Part shown: positions 1 to 10,579 of the stretch, in pieces
Layout: each line of letters opens with the position of its first letter
How positions within the stretch are numbered: the first letter of the stretch is position 1
Assembly (NCBI GenBank): GCA_963632255.1
Contig: CAVGTC010000001.1
Span: 3,965 to 67,964 of the forward strand
DNA from: Lachnospiraceae bacterium
GTDB taxonomy: Bacteria > Bacteroidota > Bacteroidia > Bacteroidales > Bacteroidaceae
Length of the DNA stretch: 64,000 nucleotides
Direction of reading: 5' to 3'
Made by a program: the position numbers and the translations under genes
Notes under the pieces: model-generated
Database searches by the model: none
Told to the model about the DNA's origin: nothing
What the model saw: only the letters and a program-made list of their open reading frames with translations

Positions 1-5
1 GCATC

Positions 6-404
6 GTGGAGCGCGGACTCCCCATGTTTGACCGCATCGTCATCGGCGTGGGCATCAACGAGAAAAAACGCTCGCTGCACCAGATAGAGCAGCGCGTGAA
101 AGACATCAGCGAGCTGTACGCCGACGAGCCGCGCGTAAAGGTGGTGGCCTATGACGACCTTACAATCGACCTCGCGCGTCGCGAAAAAGCCCGCTTCATC
201 ATCAGGGGGCTGCGCTCGGTGAAGGACTTCGAGTACGAGCGCGACATCGCCAGCATGAACCAGCGCCTCGGCGGCGTGGAGACTGTGCTGCTTTTCACCG
301 AGCCGCAGTATCTCAGCATCTCGTCCAGCGTGGTGCGCGAGCTGTTTGCCTTCGGGAAGGACGTGTCGCAGTTCCTCCCGAAAAAGAAGAAAAAGAAAGA
401 CTGA
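6..404 (+). CDS. coaD: Pantetheine-phosphate adenylyltransferase (5' end cut by the window edge)
   Basis: IIRGLR..DFEYE and ISSSVVRE motifs; N-terminal HxGH region lies outside the window. Confidence 0.93.
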   Translation: MERGLPMFDRIVIGVGINEKKRSLHQIEQRVKDISELYADEPRVKVVAYDDLTIDLARREKARFIIRGLRSVKDFEYERDIASMNQRLGGVETVLLFTEPQYLSISSSVVRELFAFGKDVSQFLPKKKKKKD

Positions 405-484
405 AAGCCCCGCCACACGGTGCGGGCGGGGACGGGACGCGCAAGACACACGGCACGCGCCCCTCACACAAAGCAAACCGGACA

Positions 485-2065
485 ATGAAACGAATACTTT
501 TGCTGCTTTCCGCCGCACTGTGCCTCACGGCAGCCGCGCAGCGGGGATACGGGGACATAGACATCGAGCAGGTGAAGAAGCTGCAAATGGCGCAGGTGGC
601 GGTCACCAGCCTCTACGTGGACAGCGTGGACCAGGAAAAACTGGCGGAGGATGCCATCAACGGCATGCTGTCGAAGCTCGACCCGCACTCCACCTACACC
701 AACGCCAAGGATACGCGCAAACTTAACGAGCCGCTCTCGGGCAACTTTGAGGGCATCGGCGTGCAGTTCAACATGGTGAAGGACACGCTCATCGTGCTGC
801 AGGTGATAAGCAAAGGTCCCAGCGAGCGTGCCGGTATACAGGCGGGCGACCGCATCACGGCCGTCAACGGGGTGAAGATAGCCGGCGTGAAGATGGAGCG
901 CGACAGCATCATGCAGAAGCTGCGCGGACCGAAAGGCACGGTGGCAAACCTTGTGGTGACGCGGCGCGGCGCGAAGGACGAGCTGCACTTCAAGGTAGTG
1001 CGCGACAAAATTCCGCTCAACACGCTTGACGCTGTCTACATGATTGCCCCGGGCGTGGGGTACATACATCTTGACAGCTTCGGGGCGACCTCGGGTGACG
1101 AGATGCACGCAAAGATAAAGGAGCTGCAGGGGCAGGGGATGAAAGACCTCATCCTCGACCTCGGGCTCAACGGCGGCGGATACCTCAACGCGGCGCAGGA
1201 GGTGGCGGGGGAGTTCCTCCCGAAGGGCTCGATGGTGGTATACACCGACGGCCGCCGCGCCCCGCGCCAGGAACTGCGCGCGGCGGGTGGCGGACTGATG
1301 CAGGACAGCGGGCGCGTGGTGGTGCTTGTTGACGAGTACACGGCGTCGGCCGCCGAGATTGTGAGCGGCGCGATACAGGACCACGACAGGGGAACCATAA
1401 TTGGCCGCCGCACCTTCGGCAAGGGACTCGTGCAGCGTCCGGTCGACCTGCCCGACGGCTCAATGATACGCCTCACCGTAGCGCACTACTTCACGCCCTC
1501 GGGGCGCTGCATACAGAAGCCGTTCGTGAAAGGGGAGAAAGAGGAATACAACAAGGACTTGGAAACACGCTACACGCACGGCGAGCTTACCTGCATAGAC
1601 AGCATACGCCTTGACAGCGCGAAAGTGTACCGCACGTTGAAGAAAGGGCGCACGGTGTACGGCGGCGGCGGCATCATGCCCGACATCTTCGTTCCGCTCG
1701 ACACCACAACCTACACGCCGTACTACCGCGCCCTGCGCCGCAACAACCTCATCAACGAGCATGTCCTGCGCTACGTTGACGAAAACCGCAAGCAGCTGCG
1801 GCGCAAATACCGCAAGTTTGACGACTATATGGCGCATTTCGAGGCTCCGCAGGCTCTCGTTGACTCCATCCTCGCCGACGGCAGGCGCAAGAAGATAGAA
1901 CCCAAGGACGACAAGGAGCTGCGCTCGGCCACGGACGACCTGCGCTTCACGCTGAAAGCTTCCATAGCCTACGACATCTGGGACCGCAACGAATACTTCC
2001 GCCTTGTCAACGGGCGCAACGACATCGTGAAGCGTGCCCTCATCTTCCTTAAAGAGGGCAAATAA
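485..2065 (+). CDS. S41 family C-terminal processing peptidase with signal peptide and PDZ domain
   Basis: LDPHS, GIGV, TASAAEIVSGAIQDHDRG and RTFGKGLVQ motifs. Confidence 0.92.
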   Translation: MKRILLLLSAALCLTAAAQRGYGDIDIEQVKKLQMAQVAVTSLYVDSVDQEKLAEDAINGMLSKLDPHSTYTNAKDTRKLNEPLSGNFEGIGVQFNMVKDTLIVLQVISKGPSERAGIQAGDRITAVNGVKIAGVKMERDSIMQKLRGPKGTVANLVVTRRGAKDELHFKVVRDKIPLNTLDAVYMIAPGVGYIHLDSFGATSGDEMHAKIKELQGQGMKDLILDLGLNGGGYLNAAQEVAGEFLPKGSMVVYTDGRRAPRQELRAAGGGLMQDSGRVVVLVDEYTASAAEIVSGAIQDHDRGTIIGRRTFGKGLVQRPVDLPDGSMIRLTVAHYFTPSGRCIQKPFVKGEKEEYNKDLETRYTHGELTCIDSIRLDSAKVYRTLKKGRTVYGGGGIMPDIFVPLDTTTYTPYYRALRRNNLINEHVLRYVDENRKQLRRKYRKFDDYMAHFEAPQALVDSILADGRRKKIEPKDDKELRSATDDLRFTLKASIAYDIWDRNEYFRLVNGRNDIVKRALIFLKEGK

Positions 2066-2212
2066 GCCCCCACTCGCGACGCAGGCTTGCGCAGGGATTC
2101 CTTTTTACGCCGCGCCGCCTTACCGCGCGTGTGACGCGCTCTTTCGCCCCTTTACGCGCCCTTACCGTGCGATATGCCTGTGGCATGTCACGCGCAAAAA
2201 GGCGCGGCAGCG

Positions 2213-2243
2213 TTTGCACGTTCGGCGAAAAGGCATAACTTTG
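2213..2243 (+). promoter_or_regulatory. Bacteroidota housekeeping promoter for tRNA-Leu
   Basis: TTTG (2213-2216), 19 nt, TAACTTTG (2236-2243). Confidence 0.7.
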
Positions 2244-2277
2244 CACCGCTTAACGCCCCGAAAGGGCAGGAGAAGCA

Positions 2278-2359
2278 GCCCAGATGGCGGAATCGGTAGA
2301 CGCGCTGGTCTCAAACACCAGTGGGGCAACCCGTGCCGGTTCGACCCCGGCTCTGGGTA
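2278..2359 (+). tRNA. tRNA-Leu(CAA)
   Basis: Acceptor GCCCAGA/TCTGGGT, anticodon arm CTGGT-CTCAAAC-ACCAG, long variable arm, GGTTCGACCC T-loop. Confidence 0.95.
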
Positions 2360-2368
2360 CGCGCAAGA

Positions 2369-2415
2369 AAAAGGGAGGAAGACAGCCTTTGGCTCTTCCT
2401 CCCTTTCTATTTTTA
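2369..2415 (+). terminator. Intrinsic terminator after tRNA-Leu
   Basis: AAAGGGAGGAAGA...TCTTCCTCCCTTT stem followed by a T-rich tract. Confidence 0.7.
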
Positions 2416-2535
2416 CTTTCACTATTTCCCCTTTCCCTTCGATTTCCACGTTCGCTTCCAACTCTTTTTCTCCCGAGTCGGGCGAAAGTTCGCGCTTTTC
2501 TCCCGTCAGGTACAGCAAACGGCGGCGTGCCAGTC

Positions 2536-3408
2536 TTATTTGGCAGACTTTGCCGCCTGCAGCGTATTGAGCATCAGCATACTGATGGTCATGGGACCTA
2601 CGCCGCCGGGGACGGGCGTGATGTACGAGCAGAGCGGAGCCACGTTGTCAAAGTCCACGTCACCACAAAGGCGGAAGCCCTTCGGCCGCGTGGCGTCCGG
2701 CACACGCGTCGTGCCCACATCTATCACCACCGCGCCCGGCTTCACCATGTCCGCAGTCACGAAGTGCGGCTGACCGATGGCCGCGATGAGTATGTCCGCC
2801 GCGCGGCACTCCTCACGCAGCCCCCTGCTGTGGCTGTGGCAGACGGTCACCGTGGCGTCGCCGTACTGCTTCTGCATCATCAGCTGCGCCATCGGCTTCC
2901 CCACGATGTTTGAGCGTCCCAAAATCACGCACTTGCGCCCCGATGTGGGTATGTCGTAACGTCGGAGCAGCTCGAAGATGCCTTTCGGTGTGGCGGAAAC
3001 GAAGCAAGGCAGCCCGGCGGCAAGCCGTCCTACGTTGACGGGGTGGAAACCGTCCACGTCCTTCTCCGGCGCGACTGCCTCAATCACTTTCTGCTCGGAG
3101 ATATGGCGCGGGAGCGGCAACTGCACGATAAAGCCGTCCACCTCATCGTCCGCGTTGAGACGCGCCACGCAGGAAAGGAGTTCCTCCTCCGTCACGTCGT
3201 CCTCATAACGCAGCAGCGTGGAGCGGAAGCCGCAAGCCTCGCACGCCAGCACCTTGTTTTTCACATAAGTCTCGCTGCCCCCGTCGTGCCCCACAAGCAC
3301 GGCGGCAAGGTGCGGGCGGCGGCCGCCGTCGGAGACGATGCCCTCCACCTCAGCCGCAATTTCCGCCTTTATACGGGTGGCGGTGGCTTTCCCGTCTATC
3401 AAGGTCAT
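2536..3408 (-). CDS. folD: Bifunctional methylenetetrahydrofolate dehydrogenase/cyclohydrolase
   Basis: [28 protein letters not shown]; start at MTLIDGK. Confidence 0.96.
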   Translation of the reverse strand: MTLIDGKATATRIKAEIAAEVEGIVSDGGRRPHLAAVLVGHDGGSETYVKNKVLACEACGFRSTLLRYEDDVTEEELLSCVARLNADDEVDGFIVQLPLPRHISEQKVIEAVAPEKDVDGFHPVNVGRLAAGLPCFVSATPKGIFELLRRYDIPTSGRKCVILGRSNIVGKPMAQLMMQKQYGDATVTVCHSHSRGLREECRAADILIAAIGQPHFVTADMVKPGAVVIDVGTTRVPDATRPKGFRLCGDVDFDNVAPLCSYITPVPGGVGPMTISMLMLNTLQAAKSAK

Positions 3409-3540
3409 AGCAAAGTATTTTATTTCTGGCGGAGTTCCTTTCCTGTTGCAGGAAAGCCCTCGCCACAAAGTGTGACAAATAGGTTTGACGGGCTGCTAAC
3501 ACCGCACTCACGCCGCGCGGCTTTCGTCTGCACGCCTGTT

Positions 3541-4887
3541 TTACATCCCCTTGAAACCACCGGGCATCTTGGGCATGCGCCCCATCATTTTGCCCATCTT
3601 CGAACCCGTCACCATCTTCATCATCTTGCGCGTCTGGTCAAACTGCTTGACAAGGCGGTTTACCTCCTGTATCGTGGTGCCCGAACCCTTCGCGATGCGG
3701 TTTTTGCGGCTTTGGTTAAGCGCCTCCGGGTGATGGCGCTCGTAGGGGGTCATGGAAAGAATGATGGCCTCTATGCCGTTAAAGGCGTTGTCGTCAATCT
3801 CCACGTCCTTCAACGCTTTCCCCACGCCCGGAATCATCGACGCGAGGTCTTTGAGGTTGCCCATCTTCTTTATCTGGCGTATCTGCGAAAGGAAATCCTC
3901 AAAGTCAAACTGGTTTTTCTGTATCTTCCGCTGCAGCTTCAACGCCTCGTTCTCGTCAAACTGCGCCTGCGCGCGCTCGACAAGGCTCACGATGTCGCCC
4001 ATCCCGAGGATGCGGTCGGCCATTCGCTCGGGGTGGAACACGTCAAGCGCCTCCATCTTCTCGCCCGTGCCGACGAAAAGAATGGGCTTGTCCACCACCG
4101 TGCGGATGGAAAGCGCGGCACCGCCGCGCGTATCGCCGTCAAGTTTCGTCAACACCACGCCGTCAAAGTCGAGGCGGTCGTTGAATTCCTTGGCCGTGTT
4201 CACCGCGTCCTGTCCCGTCATAGAGTCCACCACGAAGAGAGTGTCGTCAGGCTGCGCCGCCTCCTTGATGGCTGCAATCTCGCGCATCAGTTCCTCGTCC
4301 ACGGCAAGGCGGCCGGCGGTGTCTATTATCACCGTGTCATACCCCTTTGCCTTTGCCTCGTGTATGCCGTCCCGTGCAATCTTCACGGGATCCTTCTCGT
4401 CAAGGTCCTTGTACACGGGCACCTCAATCTGTTCGGCCAGCACGCAAAGCTGCTGCACTGCGGCGGGGCGGTAGACATCACACGCCACAAGCAGGGGCTT
4501 GCGTGCACGCTTGCTCTTCAGCAAAAGCGCGAGCTTTCCCGAAAGAGTCGTCTTTCCCGCACCGTTCAGTCCCGCCATAAGTATCACGGAGGGATGTCCG
4601 GCGAGCTTCAGCTCCGAGGTCTGTCCGCCCATCAGCGCGGCCAGTTCGTCATGCACCAGCTTCACCATCAGCTGTCCCGGCTTCACGCTTGTCAGCACGT
4701 CCTGCCCGAGGGCTTTCCGCTTCACCGTGTCGGTGAACTGCTTCGCCACCTTATAGTTGACATCGGCGTCAAGCAGGGCACGCCGCACGTCTTTAAGCGT
4801 CTCGGCAACGTTTATCTCGGTAATTTTCCCTTCGCCTTTGAGTATCTTGAAAGACCGCTCGAGTCTCTCGCTCAGGTTTTCAAACAT
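3541..4887 (-). CDS. ffh: Signal recognition particle protein
   Basis: GLNGAGKTT, DTAGR, TKLDGDTRGGAALS, Met-rich M domain. Confidence 0.97.
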   Translation of the reverse strand: MFENLSERLERSFKILKGEGKITEINVAETLKDVRRALLDADVNYKVAKQFTDTVKRKALGQDVLTSVKPGQLMVKLVHDELAALMGGQTSELKLAGHPSVILMAGLNGAGKTTLSGKLALLLKSKRARKPLLVACDVYRPAAVQQLCVLAEQIEVPVYKDLDEKDPVKIARDGIHEAKAKGYDTVIIDTAGRLAVDEELMREIAAIKEAAQPDDTLFVVDSMTGQDAVNTAKEFNDRLDFDGVVLTKLDGDTRGGAALSIRTVVDKPILFVGTGEKMEALDVFHPERMADRILGMGDIVSLVERAQAQFDENEALKLQRKIQKNQFDFEDFLSQIRQIKKMGNLKDLASMIPGVGKALKDVEIDDNAFNGIEAIILSMTPYERHHPEALNQSRKNRIAKGSGTTIQEVNRLVKQFDQTRKMMKMVTGSKMGKMMGRMPKMPGGFKGM

Positions 4888-5070
4888 TTCTCGCTCTTTG
4901 CTGTTGTTATCTTGTTATCGTGGCGCGGTGTCCCGCCCTTGGGCACCCCCTGCCGCCATTGTATCCACAAAGGTATGAAAAAAGGGGAAAGTGCCACCTT
5001 GGTGCGCTCCTTTGCCCCTTTGCTGTATTGCCGTACCGCTGCCGCACCCTTGCGCCGCAGCGTACGAAGT

Positions 5071-5814
5071 TCACTTGTTCTGCTCTTCCAGATAGAGGTC
5101 GAGCGCGGCCGTCATCGAGCGTGCCTGCGCCGTCGGCGCGGCGAGGTCAACGCGCAGTCCCGCGTCCTCCATCGCCTTTTTCGTGGCGGGACCGAAACAC
5201 CCCAGGCGCATGTCCCCCTGCACAAAGGAGGGGAAGTTTTTCTGCAGCGACTCAACACCCGCCGGCGTGAAGAGTACAATCATGTCAAAGTCAAACGGCG
5301 TGCCCTCGGGGAAGTCGTTCTTCACCGTGCGGAACATCACGCACTCCGTGTGTCGCAGCTTCTTCTCCTCCAGCATACGGTGCACCTCGTCGCCGTGTAC
5401 GTCGCTCTGCGGTATGAGGTAGTTTTCCGCCTTGTGCCGGGACATGATTTCCACCAGCTCCGGCCACTTGCCCGTTTTCCCGAAGAAAGCCTTGCGCTTG
5501 CGGTACTGTACATACTTCTGTATGTAAAGCGACACGGACTCGGAAATGGCAAAGTATTTCATATCCTCGGGCACCGCCACGCGCAGCTCCTTGCAAAGTG
5601 TGAAGAAAAAGTCTATGGCGTGGCGCGAGTTGAACACGATGGCCGTGTGGTCGAGTATCCGCACCTTCTGGTCGCGGAATTCTCTCGCGGTCAGACCCTC
5701 AATCTTGATGAACGGATGGAACGTGAACTCCACACCGTGCTTTTTGGCGATGTCAAAGTAAGGGGACTTTTCAGAAGCGGGGCTCGGCTGCGAGACGAGT
5801 ATCTTCTTAATCAT
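5071..5814 (-). CDS. hemD: Uroporphyrinogen-III synthase family protein
   Basis: MIKKILVSQP start and Bacteroidales HemD-like sequence (YIQKYVQYRKRK); next to a DUF4271-like gene. Confidence 0.75.
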   Translation of the reverse strand: MIKKILVSQPSPASEKSPYFDIAKKHGVEFTFHPFIKIEGLTAREFRDQKVRILDHTAIVFNSRHAIDFFFTLCKELRVAVPEDMKYFAISESVSLYIQKYVQYRKRKAFFGKTGKWPELVEIMSRHKAENYLIPQSDVHGDEVHRMLEEKKLRHTECVMFRTVKNDFPEGTPFDFDMIVLFTPAGVESLQKNFPSFVQGDMRLGCFGPATKKAMEDAGLRVDLAAPTAQARSMTAALDLYLEEQNK

Positions 5815-5958
5815 AAGGCGGATGATTGGGGCGGCGGGCGCAGAGCCTCCCGGGGAAAAGAAGTCAGGGGCGCGGCATTCCACCGCCGGATGCGGCTTCC
5901 TCACCTCACCAAAACTCCCAGCCCGTGACCTGTCCGCCGACTACCTTATCGGTTGTCT

Positions 5959-7020
5959 TTAATTTATTGTCAACAAATAGTTGTTTGCGTATACCAACGC
6001 GCGGAACAGCACAAAAAGCGGTGCTACTTCAAGGGCGCAAAAGTACAAAAATAAATGCAGCCAGCCGCCTATGTATCTGAAAAATATGGAATAACACTTG
6101 TACAGCAGCAGCAGCTTCACCAGTGCCAGCACGCAGAAGAAGACGATGCGCAGGGGGGCGTACGCGAGGTCGAAGTATACCATGAGCAAGGCGGCGGGCA
6201 ACAGCGCCAGCCCCTCGCCCAACACGCTCACAAGGTAGGTCTCGCTCCACTGGCGGCTCTGTGCCGGCGAGAAGAATACGGCATTCACCGCCCCGTACGC
6301 CACAATCTTCACGAGATAGTAGGCCAGGCACAGCGCGGTGGACACACCGAGTATCTTGTAGGGCGAAACTTGGTTGAACACCTCCGTCTGCCACTGCCGC
6401 GTGTAGTCAAAGAACAAGATGCCCAGCACGAAGCACGTCTGCACCAAAAGGAAGAGCTGCCCACGCAGCTCGGCCTCCGTGCGCTCGGCGAAGAGGTTAC
6501 CACGCGTGCGGGTGTGGAAGAAATCCCTTACCTGCCCTTCAAGGTAGCGGCGCGAGTGGGCTATCACCCACACCACGAGGAAGAAGCTGGTGAGGATGGT
6601 AATGGTGACGATGTTGTCCGTCTTGAAGCGGTAGGGCAGCGGGTCGCCCGCCATGCCGCGCGTCTCCAGCGTGAGCGCCTCCGCCCTCACGCCCGACACG
6701 CTGTCAAGCTGCTGTGCGAAAGCAGGCTTGTCGAAATGCAGCAACCCATGCGCCCAGTAGTCCTTGCGCATAAAGTCCGGACCGCCGGTGAAAGGCAGGT
6801 CGGCCGGCAGGGGCTTAAGCTGGTGCGGATCTGGCGGCACGGTGTCCGGCGCCGCCACACGCACGCGGCGCACCGGCAGGGGTGTGCTTCCCTCCTCCGC
6901 CGTCACGGCATCCTCCGCCACCGGCGCCTCCACGGCCTCGGCGGGCGCGGCGTCGTGGTGCAGGGAGTCTTGCTGCATTCTCACGGACATACGCATCTCG
7001 TGTGTAGTGTTTCTCTCCAT
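5959..7020 (-). CDS. DUF4271-like polytopic membrane protein
   Basis: Multiple TM segments, C-terminal LFLYFCALEVAP; context upstream of hemD. Confidence 0.7.
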   Translation of the reverse strand: MERNTTHEMRMSVRMQQDSLHHDAAPAEAVEAPVAEDAVTAEEGSTPLPVRRVRVAAPDTVPPDPHQLKPLPADLPFTGGPDFMRKDYWAHGLLHFDKPAFAQQLDSVSGVRAEALTLETRGMAGDPLPYRFKTDNIVTITILTSFFLVVWVIAHSRRYLEGQVRDFFHTRTRGNLFAERTEAELRGQLFLLVQTCFVLGILFFDYTRQWQTEVFNQVSPYKILGVSTALCLAYYLVKIVAYGAVNAVFFSPAQSRQWSETYLVSVLGEGLALLPAALLMVYFDLAYAPLRIVFFCVLALVKLLLLYKCYSIFFRYIGGWLHLFLYFCALEVAPLFVLFRALVYANNYLLTIN

Positions 7021-7046
7021 CCGTCATTGTGGCGGGCCGGCCCTCC

Positions 7047-7622
7047 TCACAGCGCGGCGAACTTCCTTACCGACTTGTCCCAAAGCGGCGTGGTCTCCGC
7101 GAGGCGAAGCGCCTCCCTGGGCGTCGCCGCCACATGCCAGATTGCCTTGTGCTCCTCGCGCATGAAACGCTCCGCCGCCGCACGCTCCAGCTGTGAGAGC
7201 AGCGCGTCGTAGTAGCCGCCCGTGTTGAGCACGACAATAGGTTTGAGATAAAGCCCCAACTGCTTCCAGGTGATTATCTCGAGAAGTTCCTCGAGAGTCC
7301 CCACCCCGCCGGGCAGTGCCACGCAAGCGTCGGACATCTCCGCCATGCGCTCCTTTCGGCGGTGCATGTCGTGGGTCACTACAAGCTCGGTCATGCCCGT
7401 GTGCTGCCACCCCTGCTCAACCATGAACTCGGGTATCACCCCGACGGCACGCCCGCCGGCGGCGAGGCAGGCATCGGCGGCGGCGCCCATCAGCCCCGTG
7501 CGCCCCGCGCCGTTGACAAGGGTGTGTCCGCGCTCCGCCATAAGGCGGCCAAGTGCGGCTGCCGCATCGGTGTACTGCGGGGGCAGCTGCCCGCTCGACG
7601 CTCCGTATACTGTTATCGTCAT
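7047..7622 (-). CDS. LOG family nucleotide phosphoribohydrolase (TIGR00730-like)
   Basis: MHRRK and PGGVGTLEE motifs. Confidence 0.9.
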   Translation of the reverse strand: MTITVYGASSGQLPPQYTDAAAALGRLMAERGHTLVNGAGRTGLMGAAADACLAAGGRAVGVIPEFMVEQGWQHTGMTELVVTHDMHRRKERMAEMSDACVALPGGVGTLEELLEIITWKQLGLYLKPIVVLNTGGYYDALLSQLERAAAERFMREEHKAIWHVAATPREALRLAETTPLWDKSVRKFAAL

Positions 7623-7693
7623 TTCCTGCGTGATTTTGTTGCCTGCCCCGCCGCCAATCCGCGCGGAATGCGCGGCGCGGGCGGGGCGCGGGG

Positions 7694-8989
7694 TCAGTCA
7701 AGCCCGAAAGCGCGGCGTATGTCGTCCACGCGGTCAAGTTTCTCCCAAGTGAAGAGTTCCACCTCCATGGTCTTCTCCCCACCTCCGGGCGTGCGGAAAG
7801 TCTTTGTCACCTTGCGCGGGCAGCGTCCCACGTGTCCGTACGAGGCGGTCTCCTCGTAGATGGGGGCACGCAGTTTGAGGTTTTGCTCTATGGCGGCGGG
7901 ACGCAGGTCGAAGAGGCTCTTCACCTTCTCGGCAATTTCGCCGTCGCTAAGCGCCACGTGCGACTTGCCGTAGGTGTCGACGTAAACCGACACGGGCTCG
8001 GCCACACCGATGGCGTAACTGAGCTGCACCAGCATCTCGTCCGCCACGCCGGCGGCCACCATGTTTTTCGCGATGTGGCGGGCGGCGTACGCCGCAGAGC
8101 GGTCCACCTTCGAGGGATCCTTGCCCGAGAAAGCTCCTCCGCCGTGTCCGCCCTTGCCGCCGTAGGTGTCCACTATTATCTTGCGCCCGGTGAGGCCGGT
8201 GTCGCCGTGCGGTCCGCCGATGACGAACTTGCCCGTGGGGTTTACGTAATACTTTATGTCGCCCTTGCCGAAGAGTGCCTTCACCTCAGGCGTCTTGACG
8301 CGCTCGGCCACCACGCGGGGGATGAGCACCGTCTCCACGTCGTGGCGTATGCGGCTAAGCATCATCTCGTCGGCGGCCTCCTGCGAGCCGGCCTCGGCGG
8401 CGGTGACAAAGTCGTCGTGCTGGGTTGACACCACAATGGTGTCGATGCGCCGCGCGCGTCCGTTGTCGTCATACTCCACCGTCACCTGGCTTTTCGAGTC
8501 GGGGCGCAGGTAGGTCATCTCCTTGCCCTCGCGGCGTATCTCGGCCAGCACGTACACTATGTCGTGGGCGAGTGAGAGAGGGAGGGGCATGTAGGTGTCG
8601 GTCTCGTTGTTGGCGTACCCGAACATCATACCCTGGTCGCCCGCGCCCTGCGCCATGCGGTCGGCACGCTCCACGCCGCGGTTGATGTCGCCGCTCTGCT
8701 CGTGTATCGCGCTGAATATGCCGCAGCTCTCGGCCTCAAACTTGTAGGCGGCCTTGGTGTAGCCTATGCGGGCGATGGTGCGGCGCACCACGTCCTGCAG
8801 GTCAACGTACGCGGCCGATTTCACCTCACCGGCCACCACCACCTGCCCGGTGGTGACAAGTGTCTCGCACGCCACCTTTGAGGAGGGGTCGAAGGCAAGC
8901 AGCTCGTCAAGCACGGCGTCCGAAATCTGGTCGGCCACCTTGTCGGGGTGCCCTTCCGACACCGACTCCGAAGTAAAGAGATATCCCAT
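7694..8989 (-). CDS. metK: S-adenosylmethionine synthetase
   Basis: [35 protein letters not shown]. Confidence 0.98.
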   Translation of the reverse strand: MGYLFTSESVSEGHPDKVADQISDAVLDELLAFDPSSKVACETLVTTGQVVVAGEVKSAAYVDLQDVVRRTIARIGYTKAAYKFEAESCGIFSAIHEQSGDINRGVERADRMAQGAGDQGMMFGYANNETDTYMPLPLSLAHDIVYVLAEIRREGKEMTYLRPDSKSQVTVEYDDNGRARRIDTIVVSTQHDDFVTAAEAGSQEAADEMMLSRIRHDVETVLIPRVVAERVKTPEVKALFGKGDIKYYVNPTGKFVIGGPHGDTGLTGRKIIVDTYGGKGGHGGGAFSGKDPSKVDRSAAYAARHIAKNMVAAGVADEMLVQLSYAIGVAEPVSVYVDTYGKSHVALSDGEIAEKVKSLFDLRPAAIEQNLKLRAPIYEETASYGHVGRCPRKVTKTFRTPGGGEKTMEVELFTWEKLDRVDDIRRAFGLD

Positions 8990-9170
8990 TGTTTTTTCCT
9001 TTTATGTTGTACTTTCTGAAAAGAACAAAGCCTGCTTTCGCGGGGCGGAAACAGGCAGGGGACTCGTCCGGGGGTTTTCTTTCGCAGGGCTTCGCGCCCT
9101 TCCCCCTCTCTCACACTTGCGGGCGGTGGCGCAAGACAGCCGCCGCCGTGGGGCGGCGCGGGTCAACCGC

Positions 9171-9220
9171 GAGTTTTAGCATTGTTTTTGAGAGGTTGCA
9201 AGCAGCCAAATCTGTCCTCT
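9171..9220 (-). promoter_or_regulatory. SAM-II-class riboswitch aptamer in the metK leader
   Basis: Minus strand reads AGAGG-ACAGAUUU-GGCUGC-UUGCAA-CCUCU-CAAAAACAAU-GCUAAAACUC, with the SAM-II GAUUU, UUGC and GCUAAA elements and a GAGG/CCUC P1; TAACTTTG promoter at 9236-9243 just upstream. Confidence 0.75.
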
Positions 9221-9403
9221 TGTCTCGTTCGGGTGCAAAGTTAGCAATTCCGCCACACCCGCACGCCGCTTTTTCGCTAAACTTGCACCCGCCTACGGGG
9301 CATGGGACGCGGCGCACTCTCTGCGGCGGTCCTCCCCACCCCGTCCGTATGGTGGTTACGCCTGCCGTCAGGCACAAAAAACCACACATCAAAAAACTAT
9401 CCT

Positions 9404-9940
9404 ATGCCACACCCTCTTTCGCTCTTCACACACTGCCCCCGCTGCGGCTCCGCCGGCTTTGCCGACAACGACGCCTTCAGCCGTCGCTGTCCGCACTGCG
9501 GCTTTGTGTACTACCACAACGCCTCGGCCGCCACGGTGGCCGTCGTCACCAACAGCCGGGGCGAGCTGCTTTGCGTGCGACGTGGGCGAGAGCCGGCGCG
9601 AGGAACGCTTGACCTGCCCGGGGGCTTCGTCGACCCGGGGGAGAGCGTGACGGACGGCCTCGCCCGCGAGGTAAGGGAAGAACTGGGCGCGGAAGTGGCG
9701 GAATGGTGTTTTCTCTTCTCACTGCCAAACACTTACCTGTACAGCGGCTTTGAGGTACACACGGCCGACTCGTTTTTCCGTTGCCGCCTGCGCGACGAGG
9801 CGGCGGTTTCTCCCCGCGACGACGCCGCTGAGGTGCTTTGGATTGCCCCCGAAAAACTCGTCCCGGCGGATTTTGGCCTGGCGTCCGTAAGGCGGGGCGT
9901 GGAGCTGCTGCTGGAAAGGCGGGATCTCCTGGATTTCTGA
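9404..9940 (+). CDS. NUDIX hydrolase with N-terminal zinc ribbon (NudC-like)
   Basis: CPRCG...CPHCG and Nudix box GGFVDPGESVTDGLAREVREELG. Confidence 0.88.
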   Translation: MPHPLSLFTHCPRCGSAGFADNDAFSRRCPHCGFVYYHNASAATVAVVTNSRGELLCVRRGREPARGTLDLPGGFVDPGESVTDGLAREVREELGAEVAEWCFLFSLPNTYLYSGFEVHTADSFFRCRLRDEAAVSPRDDAAEVLWIAPEKLVPADFGLASVRRGVELLLERRDLLDF

Positions 9941-10255
9941 CCGAACCGGCGGCAATGCGTACCGTCTGCGCATCTCCGCGCGGGCAGCGTTTCCCCGCAG
10001 CGGCGAACGGCCGCGGAAAAACGGACACGCCGGCGGAAAAAGGAAAAGCGGCGTGGCTTCACGCCAGCGCCCGTGAAGCGGCGGGGAGAGGATGTCCCAA
10101 AGTGTCATTTTGCTACTTTTCGGGCGTTTTTCGTATATGCCCTACTGCCGAAAAACGGGCAAAACACCCCTATTTTTAAGCATTCTTAACGTCAAGGCGG
10201 GCTTTCCCGCAGCTAGGGTAAGCCTTCGGGCGGCACGCCGCCGACCTGTAGCTCC

Positions 10256-10445
10256 GATGCCGAGGCACTTTGAAGGCCAAGCCGCACTTCAGTGACGAGA
10301 CACCACGGTATTCCGTGGGCCAAGTGTAGGCGTTTTAACTCGTAAGTGGCTGAAAATCAATACAGGCAAAAATATAGGGACATTCCTCGCGGGATGTCCC
10401 TATCTTGTAGTACAAAGATAATACATTTTTCCGCCGAAAGCAAAT
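10256..10445 (-). repeat. Dispersed promoter-hairpin element, copy 1
   Basis: Near-identical to 30.8-31.2, 48.8-49.25 and 60.13-60.3 kb; promoter on minus strand (TTTG at 10441-10444, TATCTTTG at 10413-10420). Confidence 0.9.
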
Positions 10446-10579
10446 CGTGCCATATCGTGTCACAAATTGACAAAATGACACTTTTCCGCCCGTTTTCCCG
10501 CATTTTCCGTTTCACGCCAGGGTATGTTTCCGACTGGGCGGGGCGGGAAAACGGACTGTTCCGGCTGCCCCTCGGCGCG

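Noticed and set aside
2278..2530. tRNA-Leu, tRNA-His or comM as integration sites for an island or prophage
   Set aside because: No integrase, no duplicated tRNA 3' end, and comM is intact; flanks are housekeeping genes
3043..5928. 961-aa plus-strand ORF and similar long antisense ORFs (e.g. 14944-16350, 40064-41551, 45756-47255)
   Set aside because: Shadow frames opposite well-supported genes, expected with high GC3; no recognisable motifs
10439..10452. Possible sigma-54 promoter (TGGCACG...TTGC on minus strand)
   Set aside because: Spacing between the GG and GC elements is 2 nt too short
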